In this document: in pieces, positions 1 through 8,796 of the stretch | Layout of the letters: each line of letters opens with the position of its first letter | How positions within the stretch are numbered: position 1 is the stretch's first letter | NCBI GenBank assembly: GCA_965203175.1 | Contig: OZ241867.1 | Coordinates: 3,456,001-3,520,000, forward strand | Reading direction: 5' to 3' | DNA: 64,000 nt | Source of the DNA: Candidatus Latescibacterota bacterium | GTDB taxonomy: Bacteria > Latescibacterota > UBA2968 > UBA8231 | Made by a program: the position numbers and the translations under genes | Notes under the pieces: generated by a model | What the model was told of the DNA's origin: nothing | The model's database searches: none | Seen by the model: only the letters and a program-made list of their open reading frames with translations

Positions 1-1585
1 GATTGAGATTGATGCCCCCGTATTTGTAGGCCAGTACTAAGGTCATATACGACGAGCCGACCAGACTTACTACAATGGCGATGACTACGGCCCAGAATAG
101 CCGGCGCTTGGAACCGGTGATAATCTCACCCATCTTCAGTCCGTTGGCTACAGACGCCATGACAAAGGAGCGTACTTCGGAATGCCAGCCGTAGGAAAAG
201 CCCAAGGCCACTAAACCTGAAGCACCCAAGGCCGAGGCACCGGCCCCCGAAATGACAAAGCTAGAAGTCATAATAGGGGGCCGCATGGCCGGGATGCCCC
301 CTTCGGCTACTACCCGAGTTAGCCCTATAAACAGCATCATGGCACCAAAGAGGAATAACAGCGCTGTGGGAAGGGTTAGTCCCATCATACATAGGCCGAC
401 CACCACTAGGGCAAGCGCCGCTAGCAGGCCGAAAAGGGCCTGCCGGTAGGAGAGCATCTCGCCGCTGTCGTCGACCTCTTCGTCGCCATGGAAAGCTTTG
501 CGGTAAACATTTTGTAAATGGCCGCGTCCCACCCACAACCCCACTAGGACAAAGACTATCATTGAGCCCATACCCTGATGGGCTAGGAAAGGTTCGATCG
601 AGTAGAAGTCGATCCGCTGCGTGCTCTGCACGCCGACGATATTGAAGATGCCGCGCTGGATGGTGGTGAGGGTGTAGAATATCCAGATTGAAGCCGTAAT
701 ATCGAGGTTGACGAAATAGAAAAAACCCGTCCAAGGCGGACTAAACCAGAAACTCAGGCCGACGGTATCGCGGAACAAGGGCAATGTGAAGGCCTTGGTG
801 ATCTGCGGAAAGTTCGGAAAGTAGGAGTGCAGGCCGTTGACACTGAGCAGAATGAACGATACGGCAAAACCGATCCACATGGCTTTATTGGTGAAAAACG
901 ACCGACCGATCATTCCTTCCTTTTCTCGGCCGATCATTTCCATGGGCACTTGGACCAGTGGGTAAACTAGCTTTTCCCGATCCATCCACTGGCGACGTAG
1001 AATGACCATGGTGCAGATCATGGCAAAGCTGAGCACCAGAAAAAACCCATACCAGAAACTCAGCGGTACGACCCAGATATCCCAGGGGATAGCCTCGCCT
1101 TCGGGCAGACCTTCAAAGAAAAAACGCGCCGCGTTTTCGCCTTGGGGAATCATCCAGCTAGGGATGTACTGGTTGTAGAGAAAGTCCCAGTTGTTCTCGG
1201 GTGTGGCATAGTAGGTGGAGCCAAGTAAGCATGGTATGATGAACTGAGTGAAACCCATGCCGGGAACACAGCAGGCCACCGCTAGCATGATATAGATGGT
1301 TACCAACTCGGCTTGGTCCAAGGCCAGGGGCCGGCGGAGGCAGGCGACCAAGGCACTGGCGAGCACGACGAAAAAGAAAAAGAACAGGGCCGCCGGGGTG
1401 CTGAAGTTCAGGGTTAGATACGAACCTCGGATGAGGGTCGTAGCATAGGCGTCGAGGAGATTTAGCAGAAAGGCCAGTACCGCCCCGAGTAAGATGGCCC
1501 GGGCCGAAATGCCTTTGACGTCTTCATAGGTCGGCTGGCTTCTTTTTAGCCATGTGAGGTGTTGAGGCGGAATTCTCTTTTTCAA
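1..1585 (-). CDS. DUF6785-type polytopic membrane protein (putative transporter), 3' end outside window
   Basis: Not in the ORF track because it runs off the window. Manual translation from TTG 1585 gives MKKRIPPQHLTWLKRSQPTYEDVKGISARAILLGAVLAFLLNLLDAYATTLIRGSYLTLNFSTPAALFF..., followed by many TM segments and motifs such as RRQWMDREKL and YYATPENNW. Confidence 0.75.
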   Translation of the reverse strand, partial: MKKRIPPQHLTWLKRSQPTYEDVKGISARAILLGAVLAFLLNLLDAYATTLIRGSYLTLNFSTPAALFFFFFVVLASALVACLRRPLALDQAELVTIYIMLAVACCVPGMGFTQFIIPCLLGSTYYATPENNWDFLYNQYIPSWMIPQGENAARFFFEGLPEGEAIPWDIWVVPLSFWYGFFLVLSFAMICTMVILRRQWMDREKLVYPLVQVPMEMIGREKEGMIGRSFFTNKAMWIGFAVSFILLSVNGLHSYFPNFPQITKAFTLPLFRDTVGLSFWFSPPWTGFFYFVNLDITASIWIFYTLTTIQRGIFNIVGVQSTQRIDFYSIEPFLAHQGMGSMIVFVLVGLWVGRGHLQNVYRKAFHGDEEVDDSGEMLSYRQALFGLLAALALVVVGLCMMGLTLPTALLFLFGAMMLFIGLTRVVAEGGIPAMRPPIMTSSFVISGAGASALGASGLVALGFSYGWHSEVRSFVMASVANGLKMGEIITGSKRRLFWAVVIAIVVSLVGSSYMTLVLAYKYGGINLN

Positions 1586-1663
1586 TACTTGTCTCTAGGG
1601 GCTATCATATGTCGTGTTTTAACTTCTAATGAATAAGTCGTTTGGGCGACAAAGAGAGGCCGT

Positions 1664-2458
1664 TTATTTTCTCATCACTAGGCGTGCTCCAATACCACAG
1701 TAGCGGAGCGATTGATCAAAGCTGAAGCGTTTGGCTGACCGCACGTTGCGCGCGTGATTGACAAAGCCGCCCCCGCGCATAACGCGGGTGGAGCCCGAAG
1801 CAGCTCCAGTAGGGTCTATCTGTTTGGTGCTTGAATAGGCGTTGCTGTACCAGTCTTGCACCCACTCCCATACATTGCCGTGCATATCGTATAGCCCCCA
1901 CGGATTTGGCCGCTTTGAACCCACCGGTTGGGCAAATTTTCCCTCCGCGTCTCCCATGTTTCCTATGTACCAAGCATAGTCGCCCAACAGGCTGTCGTCG
2001 TCCCCAAAGGAACGGCTCGTCGTGGTCCCGGCCCGGCAGGCGTATTCCCACTCGGCTTCGGTAGGCAGGCGGTACAAATCTCTGTCGGCGGCTTGGTTCA
2101 AGCGGCGGAGGAATTCCTGCATATCGATCCACGAGATATAGACTGCCGGGTGATTCGGCTCAGCCCGTACGTACTTGCGTCGGGTCCACGGTGCGGTCCC
2201 CATCACTGCGATCCATTGGGCCTGGGTAATCTCAAATTTACCCAAGTAAAATCCCTTGCTTATCGAGACCTCGTGCTGAGGGCCTTCGTCTTCACCTCGT
2301 ATAGGGGCTGAGGCTGGCGATCCCATCAGAAAGGTACCTGGTTCGATCCACACGAATTCCATGGTGACTCCGTCGCGGAGTTCCACAACAGTGTTCTCGG
2401 ATTGACCTGCAGTTGTGCACGTGATGCCCATCATTAGGGCGGCAAAAATCTGCCTCAT
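1664..2458 (-). CDS. Secreted formylglycine-generating-enzyme (FGE-sulfatase/SUMF1-like) domain protein, probably non-catalytic
   Basis: Signal peptide, motifs FLMGS, RLPTEAEWEYACRAG, NPWGLYDMHGNVWEW, RVMRGG; lacks the FGE catalytic Cys motif after RGG. Confidence 0.9.
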   Translation of the reverse strand: MRQIFAALMMGITCTTAGQSENTVVELRDGVTMEFVWIEPGTFLMGSPASAPIRGEDEGPQHEVSISKGFYLGKFEITQAQWIAVMGTAPWTRRKYVRAEPNHPAVYISWIDMQEFLRRLNQAADRDLYRLPTEAEWEYACRAGTTTSRSFGDDDSLLGDYAWYIGNMGDAEGKFAQPVGSKRPNPWGLYDMHGNVWEWVQDWYSNAYSSTKQIDPTGAASGSTRVMRGGGFVNHARNVRSAKRFSFDQSLRYCGIGARLVMRK

Positions 2459-2555
2459 TCCGCACCTCTGGATCTATGAATGGCAGAGGCATGCAACTTT
2501 TTAGCAAAACAAAAAAGCGGCAAAACCATCGCCCACATCCTACGGTTTTCTGTTC

Positions 2556-2584
2556 TTGCCGCAGTAGAAGCTAATACCTATAAT
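2556..2584 (+). promoter_or_regulatory. sigma70-type promoter for the CRTAC1 gene
   Basis: TTGCCG-N17-TATAAT. Confidence 0.65.
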
Positions 2585-2640
2585 TCCCCATCCATGCGAC
2601 CGTTATTACCTGTTTAGTTCACCTCTACAGCGATGAGTAT

Positions 2641-4332
2641 ATGGAGCTTTTTTATCGTCGCCGTGCCTTTGTCTCTGCCTTGGCGCTGGCCGTGTTGCTG
2701 CCGGAATCTGTTCTACCCCAATTCACCGACCAAACGAAGGAAGCGCACATCGCCTTCCAACATGTGGCCGGCGGACATGAGAAAAAACACATTGTCGAAA
2801 CCTCCGGAGGCGGCGCTGCTTTTTTTGACTACGACAACGATGGCGATCTCGATCTATACGCGGTCAACGGCGCTACGGTCAATACCTACCGGCAAAAATC
2901 CGGACCGGGCAATGTTCTCTACCGCAACCAAGGTAACGGCACCTTTGCCGATGTGACCTTACTTGCCGGCGTTGGGGACCGCAGTTGGGGCATGGGCTGT
3001 ACCGTGGGCGACATCGACGGCGATGGGTACCGCGATCTGTACGTGACCAATTATGGTCCCAATGTTCTCTACCGCAATCAAGGCAACGGTACCTTTGAGG
3101 ACATTTCCGCTGGGGTAGCAGGGAACGATTATAGCTCCAGCGCTGCTTTTTTGGATTACGATGGCGACGGTGATCTCGATTTATACGTTGCCAATTATCT
3201 CGTCTACGATTTTGACTCTCCTCCGGATAAGGTCTGTACCTACGAGGGAATCGAGATCTTCTGCGGTCCCCAAGGCCTACCTGGAGCCGCCGACCGGTTC
3301 TACCGCAACAATGGGGACAACACCTTTACCGACGTCACCCGTCCTTCGGGTATCTCTTGGGCCAACCACTACTACGGGTTGGGTGTACTGCCCGAAGACT
3401 TCGACAACGATGGTGACACCGATCTCTTCGTGGCTAATGACGCAACTCCCAATGTACTCTTCGACAACAACCGCGATGGCACCTTTAGCGAAATTGGCCT
3501 CAAAGCAGGCATCGCGTATAACGAATACGGCGAGGAAGAGGCGGGTATGGGGGTCAGCGGTGGAGACTATGACGCCGACGGTGATCTCGACCTCTATATA
3601 ACCCATTTTTTCCGCGAGAGTAATACCTTCTATCTCAACGACGGACAGGGCCATTTCAAAGATATAACAACCCAGATCGGTCTAGAAGAACCCACGCTTG
3701 GGATGCTGGGGTGGGGCACCCAATTCTTCGACTATGACAGGGACGGCGACTTGGATCTATTCGTCGCTAATGGCCATGTCTATCCGCAGGCGGCTAGCGC
3801 CATTGCAAGCACTTCCTACCCCCAGCGCAATCAGTTGCTCCGCAACGAAGACTACGACCGTTTAATCGATATAGGAGCTGCGGCTGGTCCGGGAATGGGT
3901 CTCAAAAGGGTCAGCCGCGGTGCCAGTTTCGGCGACTACGACAACGATGGCGATGTGGACATTTTCGTCGTCAATTTGGACGAGGCGAGCACCCTGCTAC
4001 GCAACGACTTCGCCCCCGTCAACAACTGGCTTGTCGTCCAACTTCTAGGCCGTGTCCCCAATCGCGACGCCGTCGGTGCCAAGATCCGTTTGCTGGCCGG
4101 TGGCCGATCCCAGTGGCGCACGGCTAATGGCGCTTCCAGCTATCTCTCCTACAACGATATACGTATTTTCTTCGGCTTGGGTGAGGAAGAAGGGGCAGAT
4201 GAAGTGGAGGTCACTTGGCCCGACGGTACCCGTCAGATAGTGCCAGCGACACCGGCCAATAAGCTGTTGGTAATCCGCCAAAACGGCCCCTACTCCTTTA
4301 TGGAGATGGGGGCCAACATCTACGCAGAGTAA
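2641..4332 (+). CDS. CRTAC1-family protein (FG-GAP/VCBS repeats + ASPIC/UnbV)
   Basis: Signal peptide, repeated DYDNDGDLDLYV motifs, C-terminal SRGASFGDYDNDG...AVGAKI...SSYLS...FGLG...VTWPDG. Confidence 0.92.
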   Translation: MELFYRRRAFVSALALAVLLPESVLPQFTDQTKEAHIAFQHVAGGHEKKHIVETSGGGAAFFDYDNDGDLDLYAVNGATVNTYRQKSGPGNVLYRNQGNGTFADVTLLAGVGDRSWGMGCTVGDIDGDGYRDLYVTNYGPNVLYRNQGNGTFEDISAGVAGNDYSSSAAFLDYDGDGDLDLYVANYLVYDFDSPPDKVCTYEGIEIFCGPQGLPGAADRFYRNNGDNTFTDVTRPSGISWANHYYGLGVLPEDFDNDGDTDLFVANDATPNVLFDNNRDGTFSEIGLKAGIAYNEYGEEEAGMGVSGGDYDADGDLDLYITHFFRESNTFYLNDGQGHFKDITTQIGLEEPTLGMLGWGTQFFDYDRDGDLDLFVANGHVYPQAASAIASTSYPQRNQLLRNEDYDRLIDIGAAAGPGMGLKRVSRGASFGDYDNDGDVDIFVVNLDEASTLLRNDFAPVNNWLVVQLLGRVPNRDAVGAKIRLLAGGRSQWRTANGASSYLSYNDIRIFFGLGEEEGADEVEVTWPDGTRQIVPATPANKLLVIRQNGPYSFMEMGANIYAE

Positions 4333-4345
4333 GACCTATAGGCCT

Positions 4346-6010
4346 CTATCCCTCCCCGAAAGCGGCTCTGAGGTTGTCCTCCCGAATAACCACCTTCGAT
4401 GCGTATTTATTCCGCACTTCTTCGATAAACAGATTAAAGGCCTTTCTGTTTTTTTCTCTTCTAAGCTGGGATCGGACTCTCCACTCAGCCTCTTGAAAAG
4501 TCTCTCGCTTGCGTTCTCTAGAAAGCACCTTAAATATAGAATAACCTTCATCTACCTTGGCCGGGCCGGTGATTACTCCTATTTCGGCTTTTTCGGCGAC
4601 TTCTACAAAACCACCGAGAAAGGCCTGTTCGAAAAGATGGAAGTGGAACCGGCCCTCTTCATCCAGATCCTCTAGCGAGCGGATAGAATACTTCTTGGCC
4701 AAATCGCCTAATCGGGCTCCCTTTTGGATCTGCTCCATCAACCTCAGTGCCTCGGCCTCCGTCTCTACTAGAACCTCTTGTACTTCAATTTGCTCGGGGT
4801 GCATATATCTTTCCGCATGGGCCTCGTAAAATTGGCGTAACTCGTTTTCAGCGATGGTCACTTTAGCTCTCAGGAGCCGCGCCCTAAGAGCACTTATCAA
4901 GAGTTGATTTGCTTGATTCCCCAACCACTCGACCGCCTCTGCTTCCTCGTCTATGCCAGCACGCAGGGCCGCTTCCACAAGCATTGCATTGGGCACGACA
5001 TGGCGCTCGGCAAAAGCGATCACTTGGCTGGAGTCGCTGAGTTGGGCCAAGGCGTTGCCTTTCAGGACGTGGCCAGCGTCTGCCAAGTCCTGAGCGGTTA
5101 TTTCTCCGCCGTCGTACCTATAGAGAACTATATTGCGTTCCGTCTCCGAGGCAAAAGATGAACCGCCACGCACTTTTTCGACAATGAGCGCGAGCCCTTC
5201 CCGATCCAATTCGAGGTGGTATTTTTCCTTGAATTCAGTGACCAAAGTTGATAGTGCCCGCTGCTTTTTTTCCTTTTTCAGTCCCATTTGAATCGCCAAT
5301 CTCCTCTGAGGACTGAGTTCGATGGTAGAGTCGGCGATGACTGTAAATATCGAATAGTTTCCACCGATTTTTATGGGCTCGGAGACTTCGCCCAAGGCGA
5401 GGGAAAACAGCTTGTCCTGAAGGGGCATGACCATGTGTTCCCGGGTGGTATAACGGCCTAAGTCACCGCCTTGAGCCGCGGTTTTTTTGTTTATGGACCA
5501 TTTTTGGGCGACTTGCCCAAAAGGCACCCCATTTTTGAGTTCCCGGAGGGCGGCCGAAGCATTTTCGCGGCTGGGAACCATTATATCGGCCAATCTGACT
5601 GCTCGAGTGAGCCCCATGCGTTCAGCGTATTCCCGCACTTCGTCCTCCACCACTTCCTCCTCTACTTCCAGCTCTCTGTCTTGGAAAATGCTGATCAACT
5701 TTTCCCGCTGGACCCTTTCCAGCCGGGCGCGAAATTCAGGGCTTTTGTCGAGATCGGCCGCCTTCGCCTCCATGATCAGTAGTTGGATATTGATCATGGT
5801 GTTCAAATGATTCTTTGCTTCTTCTACCCTAGTGGTCTCCGCCTTGGCCTCTTTGGGGAGGCCGGCGATAAATTTCCGCAACTGGTCAACTGTTATCTCC
5901 TCATCACCTATCTGAGCAACGGTTCGGTCTCCTGTTTCCACTGTGCAACCCGTAAGTGCGGTAAAAAGCAAAAGTGGCAAAAGCCAATATGCAGTCATTT
6001 CTCTTGGCAT
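4346..6010 (-). CDS. Lipoprotein with two PpiC/parvulin peptidyl-prolyl isomerase domains (SurA/PrsA-like chaperone)
   Basis: Lipobox LTGC; SurA-like N-terminus VAQIGDEEIT; two rotamase units (FGQVAQKWS...GGDLG...SEPIK and LGDLAKKYS...GPAKVDEGYSIFKV). Confidence 0.85.
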   Translation of the reverse strand: MPREMTAYWLLPLLLFTALTGCTVETGDRTVAQIGDEEITVDQLRKFIAGLPKEAKAETTRVEEAKNHLNTMINIQLLIMEAKAADLDKSPEFRARLERVQREKLISIFQDRELEVEEEVVEDEVREYAERMGLTRAVRLADIMVPSRENASAALRELKNGVPFGQVAQKWSINKKTAAQGGDLGRYTTREHMVMPLQDKLFSLALGEVSEPIKIGGNYSIFTVIADSTIELSPQRRLAIQMGLKKEKKQRALSTLVTEFKEKYHLELDREGLALIVEKVRGGSSFASETERNIVLYRYDGGEITAQDLADAGHVLKGNALAQLSDSSQVIAFAERHVVPNAMLVEAALRAGIDEEAEAVEWLGNQANQLLISALRARLLRAKVTIAENELRQFYEAHAERYMHPEQIEVQEVLVETEAEALRLMEQIQKGARLGDLAKKYSIRSLEDLDEEGRFHFHLFEQAFLGGFVEVAEKAEIGVITGPAKVDEGYSIFKVLSRERKRETFQEAEWRVRSQLRREKNRKAFNLFIEEVRNKYASKVVIREDNLRAAFGEG

Positions 6011-6049
6011 GTAGCCCAGATCTCCTCTGTATTCCTGTGCATAGGTAGA

Positions 6050-8758
6050 TTAATCCAAACCGGCAAATACCGTGGCAAAAGCCATTCTACCTGTTTCGGT
6101 TTCGTTATCTATGGCCCTTCTAGTCAGTCTGAGTCCCATCAGGGTCGTCAAATTGTAGCCCAAGTAGTTTGAGTTATTGGCGAACTGGGCTGCGCCCACA
6201 ATTTCACGGAAGTCGTCTAGCAATCCTTCCTTGACTGCTTCATCCGAATCCCTGAGCTGTTGGAAAACGGTGTACTCCACACCGGCCTGCATGGTAGAGT
6301 TATTAAACAATGGCCACCGGGCCAATAAAGTAAAAATCAGCGTGTCTTCCTTCCGTTTGGGATCTGATTTAAGCGCTGGAGATTCTATCCTCAATTCGTT
6401 TTTAATTTTTGGCTGGATGTCGAGATTAATGAATTTGAGAACATAGTCCACTTTATTAATCAGACCGACAAAAACGAAGTCCTGTCGCAGGTCGGGTTGT
6501 CTCTCCCTTTGACGCCAGCGGTCGTATTTCAGCTTGTTGATGATATTTAGATTCTTCAGCTTGGTATAGTTGAAGCTTATATAGGACGAATTTATCCACG
6601 TATTCCGGGCCGCCAGAGGATCAATGGTAGGGACGTTTCGTCTCTCGAATTCGTCCCACTGGCGAAGGTCGTTCTCTATATTGTCCTTGGCTAGCCTGAA
6701 GTTTTCAAAAATCCTCAGCTTGCCTAGTCCGGGGTAGTCCTTTTCCAGCGTAAAAAGCAAGTAATGGGTGGTGTTTTGTCCATCGCCGGCAATGAGGCTT
6801 TCGTCGGTGCGGCCGACCGTCAATCTCGTCTCTGGAGTAATGTTGACGCCTGCATAAAGGTTGTATCCACCTAAATCCCTACCATAGGGGAGATCTGCTT
6901 CATCGTCGTTTTCGAACCGATCTACCCATATATTGTTATTCATATCTATGCCGAACAGATACTCGGGTCGGTCCGTAGAATAGCGCAGAAAGGGCTCATC
7001 GTAGTCGGGTACTAAGTTGGGCAGGTCTTCGCTGTCGTTTTGATTGAAATCGGAGATAAAATCGACGTTCTCATCCAAGCCAGGAAATACGTTCAAGTCT
7101 ATGCTTTCGTATATCCTCTGCCAATCGGGGTAGCGATCCTGATCGTCGTTGTCGTCGACGAGTTCGTAGTAGAATCTCGTCCGGTCTTCGTAATCTATGT
7201 TGACCTCGCCCCGAGCCAAGATAGCGCTTGTAGTATAATTGTGGTCCATACTGTAAGCCTCGCCAAAAAAGAACCACGGCTGGACAATTCTCGACAGATT
7301 CAACATCCAGCCATCGCCTTGGTCAAAAGCCGACAGGTGTTTTGTATGCTGCCTGTTGGGGTATTTTCGGTAACTCCTACTGCGGTCGAATTCGCCGTAA
7401 AAATCAAACCCCGCAATATTGTTCGTCTCCAGAGTCAGACCGAAAATTTCGGTGGCGGTCGGCAAACCGTACGGGATCTTGAGGACTCTGAGATTGGAGC
7501 CATCTTTGACATTTTCTTCGGCTCTGGTCGCCAGCAGAAACACGTTGTTGTTTTGCCGGTTATTCTGGCGGTTCGAAGACACCTCGATTCTGTAGTCGTT
7601 GGCAACCACCAGTTCAAAAGTCACTCTTCTTATCTCCGAGGGGTCGGGACCAGTGTAGGTTCCCTCGGAAAAATCGTATACTAATTCAATCTGCTCAGAG
7701 CCACTAGCTTCCCAGAAACCCAAGCGCTGAAAGCCGCCCTGAGGCGAGGGCTTGAGACCGGCTTCGCTGGCCCGGACAACCTCCCGCTCAACCCCCCGTT
7801 CTCCCTCCTCATCAATGATTTCGACATCGGCTTCTATGATCATATCCCAAGCGAAGAGGGTAGCGCCGCCTTCGTTATCTTCAGGCGAATCGTCGGTCAG
7901 ACGGACGAAGAGCTGGGTGATATTTTCAGCATTTTGACTAGAAGTGATCGAACCACTCCTAGGAGTTCCTTCAAAGGCATCTAAGAGTTGGAAGGAATTG
8001 TGAGCGCTTACATAGTTGGCCCCGATTCTGACAAAATCGCCTACTTGGGCAACAGCCCGCCCACCCATCAGCGTTGTCAGGCTGGTCGTTTGGTTGACCG
8101 CAGGGTTGCGAGGACCGGCCCCGCCGGGCGAAGAGATTCGCGAGAGGATCGTCGTGACTTGGTATTTGTCGGCTTGGTAGTCTACCTGGATTCCATCCAA
8201 GGCCGGCTTTGAGAAGGTCATCGGGGTAAGGGTCGAGCGGATTTGATTGCCTATGGTTATAGCCAAGTTGTGTTGGCCCTTCTGATCAGAGGCAATGACC
8301 AAATTGGTGAACCAGTCTTGGAATTTCTGGGTCTTGAATAAATTGCTGCCTCCTTGCTGGGGTTGTGTCTGGGACCAGTCGTAGAGCAACCATCCTCTAG
8401 TGATGTAGGAACCGTAAATATCGTAGAAGTAATCCCCGGCTAAATTGATATCTACATAGCGCTCATAGTGATCCCTAGCGTAGTTGGTGTATTCCCACTG
8501 TTTCCAACGGTATTCTAGAAAAAGTTCTTGGGGTACGTACCACTTTTTGACTGCCGGATCCAAAGCACCGAACAGCACACCGGATCCGGTTGGTTCAAAG
8601 GTGAGTTCAGCTCCCCGGCGCACACCTTTTATGCGCATCGGATCGACATCTTGGGCTTGCGCGTCGGTGTCAAATGACATGGAAGCGAGCAAGGAGCAAA
8701 CTATAGTAACTGAACTAATACTGCGCAGTAGAGTGTTGCAAATATGGCAGGTCAGCAT
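6050..8758 (-). CDS. Large exported hypothetical protein, probable outer-membrane beta-barrel with Asp/Asn-rich Ca-binding-like loops
   Basis: 902-aa ORF, signal peptide (AQA|Q), many amphipathic strands, DDNDDQDRYPD / DENVDFISDFNQND / DMNNN motifs. Confidence 0.65.
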   Translation of the reverse strand: MLTCHICNTLLRSISSVTIVCSLLASMSFDTDAQAQDVDPMRIKGVRRGAELTFEPTGSGVLFGALDPAVKKWYVPQELFLEYRWKQWEYTNYARDHYERYVDINLAGDYFYDIYGSYITRGWLLYDWSQTQPQQGGSNLFKTQKFQDWFTNLVIASDQKGQHNLAITIGNQIRSTLTPMTFSKPALDGIQVDYQADKYQVTTILSRISSPGGAGPRNPAVNQTTSLTTLMGGRAVAQVGDFVRIGANYVSAHNSFQLLDAFEGTPRSGSITSSQNAENITQLFVRLTDDSPEDNEGGATLFAWDMIIEADVEIIDEEGERGVEREVVRASEAGLKPSPQGGFQRLGFWEASGSEQIELVYDFSEGTYTGPDPSEIRRVTFELVVANDYRIEVSSNRQNNRQNNNVFLLATRAEENVKDGSNLRVLKIPYGLPTATEIFGLTLETNNIAGFDFYGEFDRSRSYRKYPNRQHTKHLSAFDQGDGWMLNLSRIVQPWFFFGEAYSMDHNYTTSAILARGEVNIDYEDRTRFYYELVDDNDDQDRYPDWQRIYESIDLNVFPGLDENVDFISDFNQNDSEDLPNLVPDYDEPFLRYSTDRPEYLFGIDMNNNIWVDRFENDDEADLPYGRDLGGYNLYAGVNITPETRLTVGRTDESLIAGDGQNTTHYLLFTLEKDYPGLGKLRIFENFRLAKDNIENDLRQWDEFERRNVPTIDPLAARNTWINSSYISFNYTKLKNLNIINKLKYDRWRQRERQPDLRQDFVFVGLINKVDYVLKFINLDIQPKIKNELRIESPALKSDPKRKEDTLIFTLLARWPLFNNSTMQAGVEYTVFQQLRDSDEAVKEGLLDDFREIVGAAQFANNSNYLGYNLTTLMGLRLTRRAIDNETETGRMAFATVFAGLD

Positions 8759-8796
8759 GAGAGTTCCACCCTAGCTTTCAGGTAAAATGGGAATAA

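Noticed and set aside
1664-2458. FGE/C-type-lectin-fold gene as a diversity-generating retroelement target
   Set aside because: No reverse transcriptase and no template repeat of its 3' end were seen in the window.
2594-2617. 7-codon uORF (MRPLLPV) just after the CRTAC1 promoter
   Set aside because: Too short and has no distinctive codon content; likely chance.
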